Source: Sarea resinae (lineage: Eukaryota). Taken from it: a stretch of DNA of 64,000 nt. Both the position numbers and the translations under genes were made by a program. This document shows positions 61,655 through 64,000 of the stretch, piece by piece. The notes beneath the pieces were generated by a model, which was given only the letters and a program-made list of their open reading frames with translations, had not been told where the DNA came from and did not search any database. How positions within the stretch are numbered: position 1 is the first letter of the stretch; every line of letters starts with the position of its first letter. The DNA lies in contig JAPEUD010000020.1 in NCBI GenBank assembly GCA_026026165.1, positions 248,001-312,000 on the forward strand, in the 5' to 3' direction.

Positions 61655-64000
61655 CTAATTCTTCGTCGAGAGCTTTTCTCCAGACTTTCCTGGGTCCTCA
61701 ATTTCCTCAGATTCGCCATCGCTTCCCTGTATAGGACCCCGCATCTTTCCACTAACTTCGAGGATGATACTCTTGAAGGTGTGCACCATGCTCTTTCTAC
61801 CTTCCCAGAGCGGGTAAAGTCCAACGGCGAAAGAGCTACCAAATAACCAGATTATACCTACGACGACCCAGCCGGTGAAGAATTGTTTGCTAAATATATA
61901 CCCTGTCCCGTACATTGGCATTGGCCAGAGTACTAGAAAAGATATTGTCATGATGGCAGTGATTATTTTTGCAATTCGTGAAGCTCTGAAGAGTTTAGCT
62001 TCCTCCATGCGTGTCTCATCATCATCCGTGCCACTGGAACCCGGGACGAGCTCAAGCTCAACATGGTTGGCCGCAGCTACGTCGCTATCATCGCCGCGTT
62101 GGATCTCTTTCATGCTGACATAATCGTAATTCTGCCGTCCGAAAGCATATGTAAAGATAGGGATGTAAACAAGTGGCGAAAGCAGTGCAGCAACATTGCC
62201 TGCCAGCATCGGATTGCTAATCATCTGTGTTAGCTGTGAAAGTACTTCCTGGGTGTTGAGCTCACTTTGCTCCGGTACTCTCGACAGTAAGCGTACCATA
62301 CTGCTTCTTGGCCGTTACGAGCCAGGCAATTAGCGAGGTTGCCAGTCCAAGGATAGGACTGACAGCTGCGGCGATCATATTTTGGTCCTTCCACAGAAGA
62401 GTGAGACTAGCTGGAAGAACGGCAGATGAGATGATAACACCCATAAGGAGATAGAGATAGCCCATCGAGACACCAGCCTGGGAGGAAGTCAGCAAGCATA
62501 CCTATGCATTGATGAAACGCGTAGCCGGACATAGTAGAGACCAGTAGAAAATCCTGCCATTATAATAGCGAATACAACGACACATGAGTGTGCCATGTAG
62601 ATGAGCCTTTTGCCGCTTGCTTTAGGATTGAAATATGCCTTATAGATGTCGTAAGTAAAGATGGAAGACACGGCGATCAATTCCTAGATTGACTAATTAG
62701 TCGAATTCTTTTCCGACTCCGAGAATCCAAACCAACAGCAGAAGTTGCAGAGGTCACTGCCATAAATATTAACAATAGTGTACATGCTGCTCCGCCTTTA
62801 CCGAGTAAAGCGACTGCAGCATCAGGAAGTACGAGGCCAGCCGTAACCTGACTCAGGTCAGCATAAGCAGGTAGCTGGAACCAGGGACATACATCAGAGG
62901 GAGACATCCTATTCGGATATGTGGGAAAAGCAGGATTTGTTTCCAAGGCGAGTGCAGCAAGTCCCATAGTAGTAGCAGCGAGCCAAGGAATGGCAAACCA
63001 GCTGAGACCACCCATCACGTAGCCTGGGAGCGCAGAAACGGGGTGCGCAGCTATAGCTTTGTTGTAATATCCACAGTCTAAGAAGACGGTGCCGAAGTTG
63101 CCCACAATGTTGATCACGAAGAAGATAGCACCCTCCTTCGACCTCATGGTGAGGTAACTCCCTTGTGCGTTTCCGGACACAGGGTGAGCTTTTCCTGCTT
63201 CCACAAGGAGGTCATAAACTCTGGCGGGGCTCCCTAGGACATTACTTGTCGCATAGGCTGTGAAGGCAAATATGAATATGATGACGAGAATTATCACAGT
63301 GTGGATATAGTCCGTTATAAATGTGCTTTTGATGCCTATTCAGTATAAGCTGGGTTCATGCGAGAAAATCATCCTACTTACCTCCAAAGATGGTATACGC
63401 AACAACACCAATGCTGATAATTAAAGTCGTTCCGTCAATAGACTGCAAGATATTCCGATAATATTACTTAGATAGAAGAGACTTACGGAAGCAAGAAACA
63501 AGCGGCTGCTGTCGGCATACCAGTCAAGGTATTTACTACAGCGGAGCCCCCAGTGAGAAGCATTGCGGTGACGAGAATGTTCGTCATCAACCCAAAAACA
63601 ATGAAGACAATATGGGTGCATGCTCCGTATCGTGCTCGAATAACCTCCAAGAATGTATGGGCGTTTGGAGCTCTGCGCTTTAGCTCGATTGCAAGGGTAG
63701 CAAAGAGCAGAATCTGAACTGTCGCCCCGGAAGCGTACTTTGGACGTTTAGAATCTTGCTTGATCGAGAAGAATTGCTAGTTCAGCCTACCCAAAATGGC
63801 CCAGATACCCCGTAACGGTAGGCCACTCCCGAAGATTGCAGGAGAGTGGCTGCCCAGGTCCAAGACGACACAACTGCAGAAGCTACCAAGCCGGATTTGA
63901 CGGTTCTCCCCGCTGTGCTGAACATCTCACTTGTTTGGACCTCGTTTCGGTACCTAGGTCGGCTCGTCAGTGTATGCTCACTGGTCTTTTCTTTCGTGGA
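61655..64000 (-). CDS. DUR3: Urea active transporter Dur3/UreA (SSS family), 5' end outside window
   Basis: [68 protein letters not shown]. Confidence 0.95.

Overview
Eukaryotic, intron-rich DNA from a filamentous ascomycete (Pezizomycotina-type GT-AG introns with CTAAC/CTGAC branch sites). There are no prokaryotic features, rRNA, CRISPR or recognisable transposons. About 20 protein-coding genes were reconstructed by hand: an IFI27-like membrane protein (partial), Ran, Nas2, a repeat-rich RhoGEF (DH-only), Rtc3/SBDS-like, a quinone oxidoreductase, Dsk2, a TDG/Mug glycosylase, NoxA and NoxD/Pro41 head-to-head, an MFS transporter, a GPI-type surface protein, Boi1/Pob1, a MIZ/SP-RING protein, a Nam8/Ngr1-family RRM protein, a conserved unknown protein, a dsRBD protein, Som1/Flo8, Bet3, SNRNP40 and Dur3 (partial). 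The best lead is the 3' end of the Nam8/Ngr1-family gene. Removing a 51-nt intron creates both a stop codon and a new GTAAGA donor. That donor splices in frame to a distal coding exon 555 nt away, giving a [D1,2] twin-intron (two-step) switch between C-termini. The second lead is an accessory-looking island at ~4.6-10.5 kb, holding a 1109-aa DH-domain gene with two tandem peptide arrays and a degenerate ~90-bp DNA array where the PH domain would normally follow. All gene identities come from motif recognition by eye; no searches were run.
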